Shown piece by piece: positions 1-9,239 of a DNA stretch of 64,000 bases. The notes beneath the pieces were generated by a model. That model was not told the DNA's origin, made no database searches, and saw only the letters and a list, made by a program, of their open reading frames with translations. Source of the stretch: Octopus sinensis (Eukaryota); the NCBI RefSeq assembly GCF_006345805.1, contig NC_043005.1, positions 62,930,001 through 62,994,000 on the forward strand, given 5' to 3'. Position 1 is the stretch's first letter, and each line of letters opens with the position of its first letter. A program made the translations under genes and the position numbers.

Positions 1-500
1 TAATCACTAAGCAAACCCTGGCTTGGATTAATATCCCCTTGGTTCTGGAGTCGTCGGGATTATCCAAAAGTAATGGAAAGAGACCAGATGGTATTACTCT
101 CTGTCTCTGGGTTTGAAGTAGGTGCTTCATTTAGGATGTCACATTCTCCAACTCTTTTGCTCCCGCCCACATCCTGGATGCGGCAGTTAATGGGAGGGTC
201 GCTGCTTCCGTAGCTGAATGGAAGAAAACCCTGAAGTATCAACACTTGGCAGTGAACTATCTCTTCCGACATGTGGTATTTTTGAGGCGTTCGGAGGGAC
301 TGGACCACTAACTGCGAATTTCTTGTTAACATTAGCAGCTCGCCTCACCGGTGTGTCAGATGATACCTGTGAGGGTGCTTGGCTTTCCCAACACCTTAGC
401 CTCGCCAGCGCCCGTGGTAATGCTGCGAGCATGCTGGCTTGCTTCAGTAGGTTCCGTTAAACTTTGTGGTATGCGACCAGTTGCTGTGATAAAAAATAAA
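1..500 (+). mobile_element. 3' end of a CRE-clade non-LTR retrotransposon (restriction-like endonuclease domain), degenerate
   Basis: Frame 3 from base 3 reads LESSGLSKSNGKRPDGITL..W..*DVT...AASVAEWKKTLKYQHL (KRPDG at 78-92). After a frameshift it continues EAFG..GP...FL..L...L.....WLSQHLSLA..RGNAASML, ending TAA at 460 and followed by an A-rich tail near 490-500. This matches the RLE C-terminus of CRE-type elements. It carries two in-frame stops and one frameshift. Confidence 0.85.
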
Positions 501-689
501 AACCTCTACAAATGGTTTCAATACAGTTTTAATAGAAAGATTTGGAAGGATTGGATGACAGTTCTCCAGTAAATTTCTTTCATGTAAATAAATGTTTATG
601 TTAATTTAACAACTTGCCAGCAAAATCTTATAAAATGGCAATGTTCTAAAAGATGTACAGTTAAATATACTAAAACACGGAGTAAAAGC

Positions 690-912
690 AACCGTTCTGA
701 TCACTTTGGCTGCCATGGGTTTTGCAGTAAATCACTAAATCATCCATAACTTTTGTCTTATCCTCTCAAATTACACCAAAATCTCAGACAATAACAACTA
801 ATATTGTATTTATTATCTGTGAAATTTATATAATATAAAACAACTTTGATAAAAACTTATACCTACTTTTCTGACGAAAACAATGCCGTTCTGAACATTT
901 TGGCCGCAACTG
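690..912 (+). mobile_element. Solo Tc1-like terminal repeat of IR/DR architecture
   Basis: Two ~22-bp direct repeats, ccgttctgatcactttggctgc (692-713) and ccgttctgaacattttggccgc (886-907). The outer one runs into a terminal AACTG (reverse complement CAGTTGCGG...), typical of Tc1 ends. No partner end was identified. Confidence 0.55.
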
Positions 913-931
913 CATGTGTTTACATGTTATA

Positions 932-1443
932 TCTATATATATAAAACTCTAGTTGTGTGAGTGTCTGTCCCCTTCGATTTAGATTCCTAACTCCTCCCAC
1001 ATTTTGCGGTGCAGTTTAACCAAATACGGGTATCTTATAGTCGTGATTCATATCGAACCCGTCTGGCTATTAGCGCGCGTCAACGATGAGTCTACGATTT
1101 GAAAAATAATTTAACATCATTTTTTATTCCATTTTAATGCATAAAATGCATCGTATGTCGATGGCGGCGGAGTTGGTGTCCACGCTCACAGCTGCACCTG
1201 TTTGCTTCTCCCCCTTCCCTCCCTCGTGAAGCTGTGGGGAAGGGAGTGTAAAGAAATCAACGTCGTAATGCGTTGTGAAGGAGACCAGCGTTCTTTTAGA
1301 ACGACGACTTCATGGCTTGAAGACACCAAAACAGAAATGGCTAAGAAAGCCCGAATTGGCATCTATAAGGGAAGTAACTCTCTAAAAATGCTTATATAGT
1401 TATTTCCCTTACAAACCCGAGCAACGCCGGGCGATACTGCTAG
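932..1443 (+). mobile_element. Non-autonomous Helitron, unit 1
   Basis: 5' A|TC at 931-933. 3' hairpin cccg-agcaacgc-cggg followed by CTAG (1440-1443). Carries an internal segment (~1140-1360) absent from units 2 and 3. Confidence 0.85.
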
Positions 1444-1832
1444 TCTTTATATATAAAAGAGAGGTTGTGTGCTGTCTGTCTCCTACGATTTAGATTCCTA
1501 ACTACTCCCACATTTTGCGGTGCAGTTTAACCAAAACCGGGTATCTTATAGTCGTGATTCATATCGAGCCCTTCTGGGTATTAGCACGCGTCTACGATGA
1601 GTCTACGATTTAAAAAAAAATTTACCATCAATTTTTCCCATTTTTAATGCATTTTTGGCATATATAAGGGAAGTAACTCTCTAAAAATTTATTATTAAAT
1701 CTCAGAACGTAAAAAGCTACGATAACACCGCCCCCCTTTGTGGTTAGCCATATTGAGATGGCTGTTATACTTTACATCTCTAAAAATGCTTATATAGTTC
1801 CAAACCCGAGCAACGCCAGGCGATACTACTAG
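1444..1832 (+). mobile_element. Non-autonomous Helitron, unit 2
   Basis: Starts TC directly after the CTAG of unit 1. Same 5' ~190 bp. Ends with the same hairpin and CTAG (1829-1832). Confidence 0.85.
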
Positions 1833-2191
1833 TCTTTATATATAAAAGTGAGGTTGTGTGCTGTCTGTCTCCTACGATTTAGATTCCTAATTACTCCCAC
1901 ATTTTGCGGTGCAGTTTAACCAAAACCGGGTATCTTATAGTCGAGATTCATATCGAGCCCTTCTACGATTAAAAAAAAAATTACCATCAATTTTTCCCAT
2001 TTTTAATGCATTTTTGGCATATATAAGGGAAGTAACTCTCTAAAAATTTATTATTAAATCTCAGAACGTAAAAAGCTACAGTAACATATGTGGTTAACCA
2101 TATTGAGATGGCTATTATACTTTACATCTCTAAAAATGCTTATATAGCTATTTCCCTTACAAATCCGAGCAACGCCGGGCGATACTGCTAG
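1833..2191 (+). mobile_element. Non-autonomous Helitron, unit 3
   Basis: Starts TC after the CTAG of unit 2. Internally deleted relative to unit 2. Hairpin plus CTAG at 2188-2191. Confidence 0.85.
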
Positions 2192-2345
2192 CATGAAAAT
2201 TAAAATATCTAACAAAAAATTGAACAAAAGAATCGCGAAAAACCCGAGAAGGCAGCATACAGAGTTTTTTTATATGTTGCCTTCTCAGTTTTTTCGTGTT
2301 TCTTTTCTTATTCAAATTTTCTTTTTAGTGCGTTATATGTGGTCT

Positions 2346-2397
2346 GTGCCTGATGAATACGTTCACATTCCTCAACATATGAAACTATTAGTAACAC
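2346..2397 (+). ncRNA. Degenerate minimal type I hammerhead ribozyme motif
   Basis: gtgc-CTGATGA(2350-2356)-ATACG..CATAT-GAA-ACTATTAGT-A^acac. There is one mismatch in helix II and one in helix I. Helix III is near-palindromic. A short inverted repeat lies nearby (gagaaggcagcata / tatgttgccttctc). Confidence 0.6.
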
Positions 2398-3399
2398 TTA
2401 CAGACATGTACTGTGTCCTTTAAATAAATAATATTTATCTGTCACCGCATGGTTACTCTGTTGCTGAATTTTCTATCACAGAACAGTATATAATATATAT
2501 ATATATTTTTTTTTCACACAAACACAAATATAAACGTTATGCGAACGATATTTTGAAAACAAGTGTTTAATATTTAATTTCGTGCGTGTGTGAAATTAAA
2601 TATATAAAATTAAATATCTAAGTATTTTCTTACTTTTGCTTGAAATAATGTTTTTTCTACAGCAACCGGCAACATGTTTTGATATCGTGGTTGACTGTCG
2701 TCTGGTCTGTTTGAATGTCGTCTGTTCGCAAGATTGAATCAAGTGATATATCCTTTAAACGGTGTTCCTTTTTCCTTTTTTTAATTTTCTTTATTAAAAA
2801 AATTACCTAATTTATTGAAGTAAATAAGTGAACAGAGAAGCAGAAAAGCAAAAAAAGGATAATATTATAAACTATTACGATAACAATTTTATTCTCTACC
2901 CCTCATTCCCTATCAATTAACTCCATCAGAAGTTATATACAGCGTTCGTGTGCCTATGATGACGTACATCTGTGTGTGCGCGTGCGTGTGTGTGTTTGAA
3001 CTTTTATCATCACTTAGCATAATTAGTTTCCAGTTTTTAGTTTATTTATTTATTTGGAAACAATAAAATTTTGCAGTTTAAATCTTATCAAAATACCTGC
3101 TGCCCCAGCAGTTGATATGCCGCTCACTCGTCGCTCTATATTTTTATATTTCTCATTTACCCCACTCACTTCATTTCTTTGTAGTTTTACTTTCCTTCTA
3201 CCAGATTGTCAGGTGTGGAACACTGTGCTGTATTGTAAGAAATGTGCTTGTGTGTGTGTGTGAAATTGATAAACATAATTTACAAGGGAAATTTAACACT
3301 ACTATTTAGTGTCTCTGACTGTTACTCCCTCTCCATTTGTTTTAGTCCCTCTTTACCAGTGTGACCAACGAGACACGTGTTTTATTATTATTATGTGAG

Positions 3400-3865
3400 A
3401 GAGCAGTGCATGCCATCAAAGTGACCCTGGGGTAAAATATACGAAGCCCAGTATACCCATCATAACTACCTGTCTGATAAGGATAAACCAGACACATGCA
3501 TCACAACCATATGTGCGCGACATGGTGATCTCATACCAAAATAAACAGCACATGACCTTGCAGGTTGGGCCCAGTTAGAATTTTCTCCTGGTCGAGTAAC
3601 CCATCCTGCTCAAAAGGTCCCCGATTAAGGGTTGTTTAAGGATGTTGAACGAAACACCCATGTTTCCAGAGGTGAATTATTCAAACCCCAAAGAATTCCT
3701 CTCAACACATGGCTATGATGCTCCCCCACTTCTGCTTGTGATCAGAGATGCACATATCGTCAGCCACTAAGAGACATGCTCAACTGGTTAAGGTCAAACA
3801 ACTGACAAGCAAATCTGTGGTATTGAGCAGAATATTTGCTGTAGCCCATCTTTTATACCAAGACT
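3400..3865. repeat. Interspersed repeat, family unassigned
   Basis: GC-richer block starting after an (ATT)n run. It resembles an abundant octopus retroelement-derived repeat from recall only. No coding motif is recognisable. Confidence 0.4.
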
Positions 3866-4050
3866 GCATCTCCGAAAATATTTTGACAAATTAAACTTAA
3901 ATGTTGAAGTGAATCGAACGGCTTTTGTGTGTTTCTGAAATGGCTTATAAACACCTTCCACGCTGCAATTGTTTTCGATTCAGCACACGATCTCAGATCA
4001 AATTACTTGCTATGCGAGTACACCTCCGTAATTATTATTATTATTATATG

Positions 4051-4243
4051 TAAAGCAGCGAGCTGGCAGAATTGTTAGCATTCTGGACTAAATACTTAGT
4101 GACATTTCGTCTGCCCTTATGTTCTGCGTTCAAATTCCGCCGTGGTCGACAAATCAAGTACTAGTTGAGTACTTGGAGTCAATGTAATCCACATACCCTG
4201 TCCCCCAAAATTTCAGGCCTTGTGCCTTTAGTTGAAAGGATTA
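4051..4243 (+). mobile_element. tRNA-derived SINE, family B
   Basis: Head aaagcagcgagctggcagaattgttagc with B-box-like gcgttcaaattcc. Homologous copies at 18366, 43312 (minus) and 59432. Confidence 0.75.
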
Positions 4244-4285
4244 CATGTAAAATACCATTCTTAAACTCTACAAACTTGACAAGCT

Positions 4286-4405
4286 GCAAATTAAATTACT
4301 CAATATGAAACTAGTTATAAATTAAATTGCTCAATATGAAACTAGTTATAAATTAAATTACTCAATATGAAACTAGTTATAAATTAAATTGCTCAATATG
4401 AATTA
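4286..4405 (+). repeat. 31-bp AT-rich minisatellite (caatatgaaactagttataaattaaattrct), about 3.5 copies, resuming at 4944-4990
   Basis: Units start at 4301, 4332, 4363 and 4394. The array is interrupted by the RTE/tRNA insertion. Confidence 0.85.
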
Positions 4406-4409
4406 ATTT

Positions 4410-4835
4410 TTCTGCCTTTAACCCTCCAATACGGAGTATAGGCCACTTATAATTGAATTCCATGTTGCATAATTTTTCGTTTCTGTACTTATACTCTGCC
4501 ATGAATGTCCCCCTGTCTTTAATTCCTTTTGTGTTGATCTACACCACGAGTTCTTAGGCCTACCTCTCTTTCTATATCTATCCGAATTCCACTGTGAAGC
4601 ACTTTTCGCTACATTTGGTGTGTCTTTTCTAATTGTGCTACCAATCCACTTCCATTTTTTCTTAAATATTTGCTCCCTAATCGAAACTTGATTCGTTCTT
4701 TGCCATAACTCCATATTGCTTATGTGTTCAGGCCATCTGATTTTAAGTATACTACGCAAGCATCTGTTGATGAATGATTGTATTTATTATTTGATTTAAC
4801 TTTTGTTCGCCATGTCTCACTCACCGCTTTATATA
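4410..4835 (-). mobile_element. RTE-clade LINE ORF2 C-terminal fragment
   Basis: SETWRT...IQSFINRCLRSILKIRWPEHISNMELWQRT...WKWIG...RKRGRPKNSW, the typical RTE ORF2 C-terminus. Confidence 0.9.
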
Positions 4836-4942
4836 TCGAACTCGGAATCTTGGGGTTAGTGGCCTGCGCTCTTAACCACTACGCCATGTCCCCGTGGGCC
4901 GAAACGTTGTGTTAACAACCAGGATGAGGGAGACATGGCGAA
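4836..4942 (-). mobile_element. tRNA-like SINE head fused to the RTE fragment, with an inverted hammerhead-half piece at its 5' side
   Basis: Minus strand has A-box TGGCGTAGTGG and B-box GAGTTCGAT. Plus-strand gccgaaacgttgtgttaacaac (4898-4919) is identical to 5403-5424. Confidence 0.75.
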
Positions 4943-5161
4943 TTCAATATGAAATTAGTTATAAATTAAAATATGAAACTAGTTACAAGTTTTACACTTG
5001 GATAAATATATTAACCTAACATACATAAATAAAAAGTACTCTTTTTAAAGTGAAAACTTATGAAAACAAAGAGAAAACTGAAACTGTGAAATTAGATTAT
5101 GTTAATAACAACGCCAATAATGTCCTTCCAGTAAAAAGAAATGTTCATTATCAACTTAAAT

Positions 5162-5465
5162 ACAGTTCTATATTTAAGAGATGAGGAGTTATGTACATTA
5201 TTTACAATTGACGGATATTTGTCTTCATCTCGGCTGATATACCCTCCAGCCTTCACCAGGTGTCTTGGGGAAATTTCGAACCTGGGTTCTCATTCCTAAG
5301 GTACTTATCGATGTTATTATTATCGTTCAGGTCACTGCCTGGAATCGAACTCGGAATCTTGTGGTTAGTAGCCTGCGCTCTTAACCCGCCATATGCCCGT
5401 GGGCCGAAACGTTGTGTTAACAACAAACAAGATGAGGGACAAATACCAGTCAATTGTAAATAATG
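5162..5465 (-). mobile_element. tRNA-headed SINE with a hammerhead-containing, PLE-like 3' tail and an inverted 5' duplication; 13-bp TSD
   Basis: tRNA-like head ~5403-5330 (B-box gagttcgattcc). The tail contains GACAC-CTGGTGA-A-GGCTG(gagggtatat)CAGCC-GA. An inverted copy of the tail lies at 5403-5465. TSD tatcaacttaaat at 5149-5161 and 5466-5478. Confidence 0.8.
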
Positions 5466-5905
5466 TATCAACTTAAATGTCAATAAGCCCCATTACTGAA
5501 AGGGTGTAGCAGCTATGTAAAATTGACAAATGTTTCATTTATTTACATACAGATTTCAACTACTGTATGCATGATTAGAAAAGGAGATAAATTCCACTGG
5601 TCATACTTAAATGTTAACGGGGCAGATAACCCATTGAAGACTACATATGATTAAGATTCATATATCGACATGCATATATACATATGTTGATTTCTGTTGA
5701 TAATAAATTCAAGTGTACAAGCTGCATTCAAAAAACAAACTAATGAAACATGCATCTATTTTACAATGCAGCTATAGTATTTCTAGTTGTGAGTTATTTA
5801 TATCATATGTGTGTGTATGCACATATATGTATGTATGTGCCTTTATCTTATTCTAAGCTATCATTGGAGACAAATATGATTCAAAGCAATTAAAGAAAAA
5901 CTATA

Positions 5906-6533
5906 GGATCTTTACCTTTTGACCGACAGATTAAAAAAAAATTTTTTTGATAACTAAACACTTTCAAACTTCGGACACTGGTAGAATGTGTCATATAAAA
6001 CATCTTTTACTCTTAGCGCTTTTGAGAAAAGCTTATAATTAGGAAATTATTTCACGTTAAAGTTGTCGTATTTCGGTAATTTCAACCAATCAATGACGTG
6101 TATTCAGCTGAATAAAATTACTGCTGTTGTTTGTCAACGAGAATTTCCGGCAGTGTATATTTCGTTTGTCACTGTTATTTATGACAAACCTAACCCTAAA
6201 ACCCTAGCCTTAAAACCCTAACCCTAAAGCTCTAACCCTAAAACCTTAAAGCTAAAACCTGTACAAATGCACGAATAATGTCATAAATAACAATGACAAA
6301 TGAAAATACACAACAGCAGTAATTTTATTCAGCTGAATATATGTCATTGATTGGTTGAAATTATCGAAATATGACAACTTTAACGTGAAATAACTTCGTA
6401 AATATAAGTCTTTCTCAAAAACGCTAAGAGTAAAACATGTTTTATATGACACATTCTACCAGTGTCCAAAGTTTGAAAGTGTTTAGTTACAAAAAATTAT
6501 TTTTTAAATCTGTTGGTCAAAAGATAAAGATCC
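5906..6533. mobile_element. Non-autonomous DNA transposon (MITE) with ~270-bp TIRs and 8-bp TSD; Merlin-like termini
   Basis: Ends ggatctttaccttttgacc / ggtcaaaagataaagatcc. TSD aaactata at 5898-5905 and 6534-6541. The central ~70 bp are CCCTAA/CCCTAAAA-like repeats. GG..CC ends with an 8-bp TSD suggest Merlin, but the superfamily is an inference. Confidence 0.85.
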
Positions 6534-6909
6534 AAACTATAAACTATAGCTATGAGTTTGGTATGACATTTATAAAGTTAGAAAATTGGTAAACATTCCC
6601 GCAAATGATAAAAGCATTTGATACTTCAAGATTTTAAGTTCTTCCTTAAAATCTATTCAGAAACAATAAAACTAAAGTAGTGCATAATGTATGAATTCAA
6701 AGGTAACAAAGAAATTTAGCCTGTCTATTAAGTTAAAACAAATGGTTAGCATATGAAAGTGAACATCATTTTTGCAACTATACACAAATATTAAAATTTG
6801 CAAAATGCAGCCTATCCAGCATTATGAAAATGTTGAGACAGAGCATCAACAATAAACAATGAATCAAAGAAGGCATTTGATCATGAAAATTCATGCACAC
6901 CTGTATTCA

Positions 6910-7170
6910 GTAAATAATCTATCTGATACTCACTAATAGAGCTTTTAGAAAGAGTGATGGATATTATCAGAAGAATGAAATGAAACCCTCGCATCTATGA
7001 AAACAACAGAAATTCCATCAATCACAGGCAGTTTAGGATTTAAAAGACAAAAATGTTATATATCAAAGACTTCGAAAGTCTTGAAGTAGAACTCCTAGAA
7101 ATGTTCTGCAAGATATGATTCAGGATAAAGAGATAATTTCCAGCACAAATTCAACTCAGGGATAAAAAAA
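6910..7170 (+). mobile_element. Ancient pogo/Tigger-like transposase N-terminal relic
   Basis: ELLERVMDIIRRMK and KMLYIKDFESLEVELLEMF resemble the psq and CENP-B HTH motifs. Multiple stops. Confidence 0.45.
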
Positions 7171-7177
7171 CATCATA

Positions 7178-7570
7178 CATGAGTGGCTGTGTGGTAAGTA
7201 GCTTGTTTACCAACCACATGGTCCCGGGTTCAGTCCCACTGCGTGGCACCTTGGGCAAGTGTCTTCTACTATAGCCCCGGGCCGACCAAAGCCTTGTGAG
7301 TGGATTTGGTAGACGGAAACTGAAAGAAGCCCGTCGTATATATGTATATATATATATGTGTGTGTGTGTTTGTCCCCCTAGCATTGCTTGACAACCGATG
7401 CTGGTGTGTTTATGTCTCCGTTACTTAGCGGTTTGGCAAAAGAGACCGATAGAATAAGTACTGGGCTTACAAGAGAATAAGTCCCGGTGTCGAGTTGCTC
7501 GATTAAAGGCGGTGCTCCAGCATGGCCGCAGTCAGATGACTGAAACAAGTAAAAGAGTAAAAGAGTAAAT
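7178..7570 (+). mobile_element. tRNA-derived SINE, family A
   Basis: Head gagtggctgtgtggtaag...gggttcagtccc, core ccttgggcaagtgtcttctactatagc, internal (TA)/(TG) run, (AAGAGTA)n tail. Homologues at 11277, 25775, 41050, 52160, 53000 and 61000. Confidence 0.85.
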
Positions 7571-7579
7571 ATATATACA

Positions 7580-9200
7580 CACTGAACCACAAAAGAAGTG
7601 TGATTTTTTCAAATGTCATTTTTATATGGTAAATTCTGAGAATTTATTTCAGGGATGTAAGTGTAAATACTCAAAGGTTTATGGCTGAGACCCAAATTGC
7701 AGGTAATCTTTCAATTTTCCCTGAAATGAGACACCAAAGCACAGTTGCATTGAATGCTGTGGGTGGCAGTCACAAACAGTTGTCATGATAACCGAAATGC
7801 ACATGCATCTTGTAGAATCTGTGAGAAAATGGTCTCATTTTCTTCTTGGACGTAACTTCACACTAATAACAGATCAAAACATGTGGCTTTTATGTTTAAT
7901 TGTCAAAAGTGCAGTAAACCTTTTAAAACTTTGATATTCAAGTTTGGGTTTATAACATATCTCATGGAGGTTTTGGATATAAGAATCAACTTGAAACATG
8001 TTCCTGACATTCGTAATTTGGATGCATCGTGTATGACCCAATTGTTAGTAGCCCAAAGAGAACAAGCTATCAGCCAATTGCAAGCAGGGTATCATGCCCT
8101 GGTTGTTGCGAAAGATTACAATGTCAATGTCAGCACCATCTTTCGCCTACAACAGCGATACAGCACCAATAGCACAGCAGACCGTGCCCACAGAGGTGAC
8201 CACTTCATGCACCTGCAACACCTCTGTGATCGCTTCAGACCAGCCAGTGTGACACATCACAAGATCATTGGCATTGGACAGTGACCCGTCAGCAATGACA
8301 CGGTATGATGTTGACTGGCTGCCAACAACCTGTGTTGACGTCATCCTGCTCAAGAGCCTGTGCTCATCGCCTGCTACCATCAGCAAGACTACAGTGAGCT
8401 GCACAGCATCAACAATGGAAGACGATAGTCTTCTCTGACAAGAGCTGGTACTGTGTTTCCACCTCGGATGGCAGAATGAGTGTGTGGCATAGGAGGGGTG
8501 AATACTACAGAGATACATGTGTCATAGAGAGAGATGCATGGGGTGGCCAAAGCATCATGGTCTGGGGTGCTATAGGCCTGAATCAGAGAATTGTGCCCCA
8601 TGTGTTCCAAAATTTTAGTGCAGGCAGAGGGAATGGCATCATAGTGCAGCGGTATATTGACCAGATCCTAAGACCTCACATCGTGCCTTTTTTTTAAATG
8701 CGTCACCATAGCCACATGCTCTAGTAGGACAATGCACCCTCCCACATGGCCAGGGTCACCATGGACTTCCTGCATCAGTACAACATCAGAACCATGCCAT
8801 GGCCAGCTCTCAGCCCAGATTTGAACCTAATTGAACACTTATGGGATGAAATCCAGAGACAGCTGAACCAGGTGGTCCCAAGTCCAACAACTCATGTGGC
8901 ACTGGAAGCAGCTTTCCTCAGGGTATGGGCACAAGTGCCAATGGCTTTTGTGAACCACCTCATGCACTCCATGTACCGATGGTGTATGGCCATTTTGAAC
9001 ACCCAGGGAGAGCATACACGTTATTGAACATGTCATGTTCAATCTCGATGCCCACTACCAGAACACATGACAAAGACCCATAGGCTGTGGTCAAAGTACA
9101 TCCATGAAATTGACAATAAATTTATCAAAATTTATCTCAGACATAATGAAATTAAAACATTTCACAGTCACACGTCTTGCATTTGTTTTGCGTTTCAGTG
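7580..9200 (+). mobile_element. Full-length degenerate Tc1-family DNA transposon (~1.62 kb)
   Basis: Imperfect TIRs cactgaaccacaaaagaagtg / cttgcatttgttttgcgtttcagtg. TA at 9201-9202 and a TA run at the left end. Internal transposase remnant. Confidence 0.9.
8033..9027 (+). pseudogene. Tc1 DD34E transposase, frameshifted
   Basis: HTH-like MTQLLVAQREQAISQLQAG..VAKDYNVNVSTIFRL, then WKTIVFSD (D at 8437), VWHRRGE, IMVWGAI, *DNAPSH (D at 8728), and WPALSPDLNLIEHLW (E at 8833). There are 34 residues between D2 and E. Confidence 0.9.
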
Positions 9201-9239
9201 TATATAAGTAAATTAAAAATGTGAATGAATTAAATAAGG

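Noticed and set aside
2633-3240. Possible promoter or first exons (minus ATG TTG CCG...AAA|GTAAGA at 2675-2634; plus mini-exon ~3208-3237)
   Set aside because: Short, with no homology recognised, and both strands give equally weak candidates.
5330-5403. tRNA gene
   Set aside because: Has A/B boxes but no complete acceptor stem, and is embedded in a TSD-flanked repeat, so it is a SINE head.
6188-6256. Telomere-like tract as a true telomere or fusion site
   Set aside because: Degenerate, short and enclosed by the TIRs and TSD of a MITE.
6934-6994. Minus-strand signal-peptide-like exon MRGFHFILLIISITLSKSSI with good AG and GTGAGT sites
   Set aside because: It is the antisense of a pogo/Tigger-like relic on the plus strand, and no compatible downstream exon was found. 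Exonisation cannot be excluded without RNA-seq.
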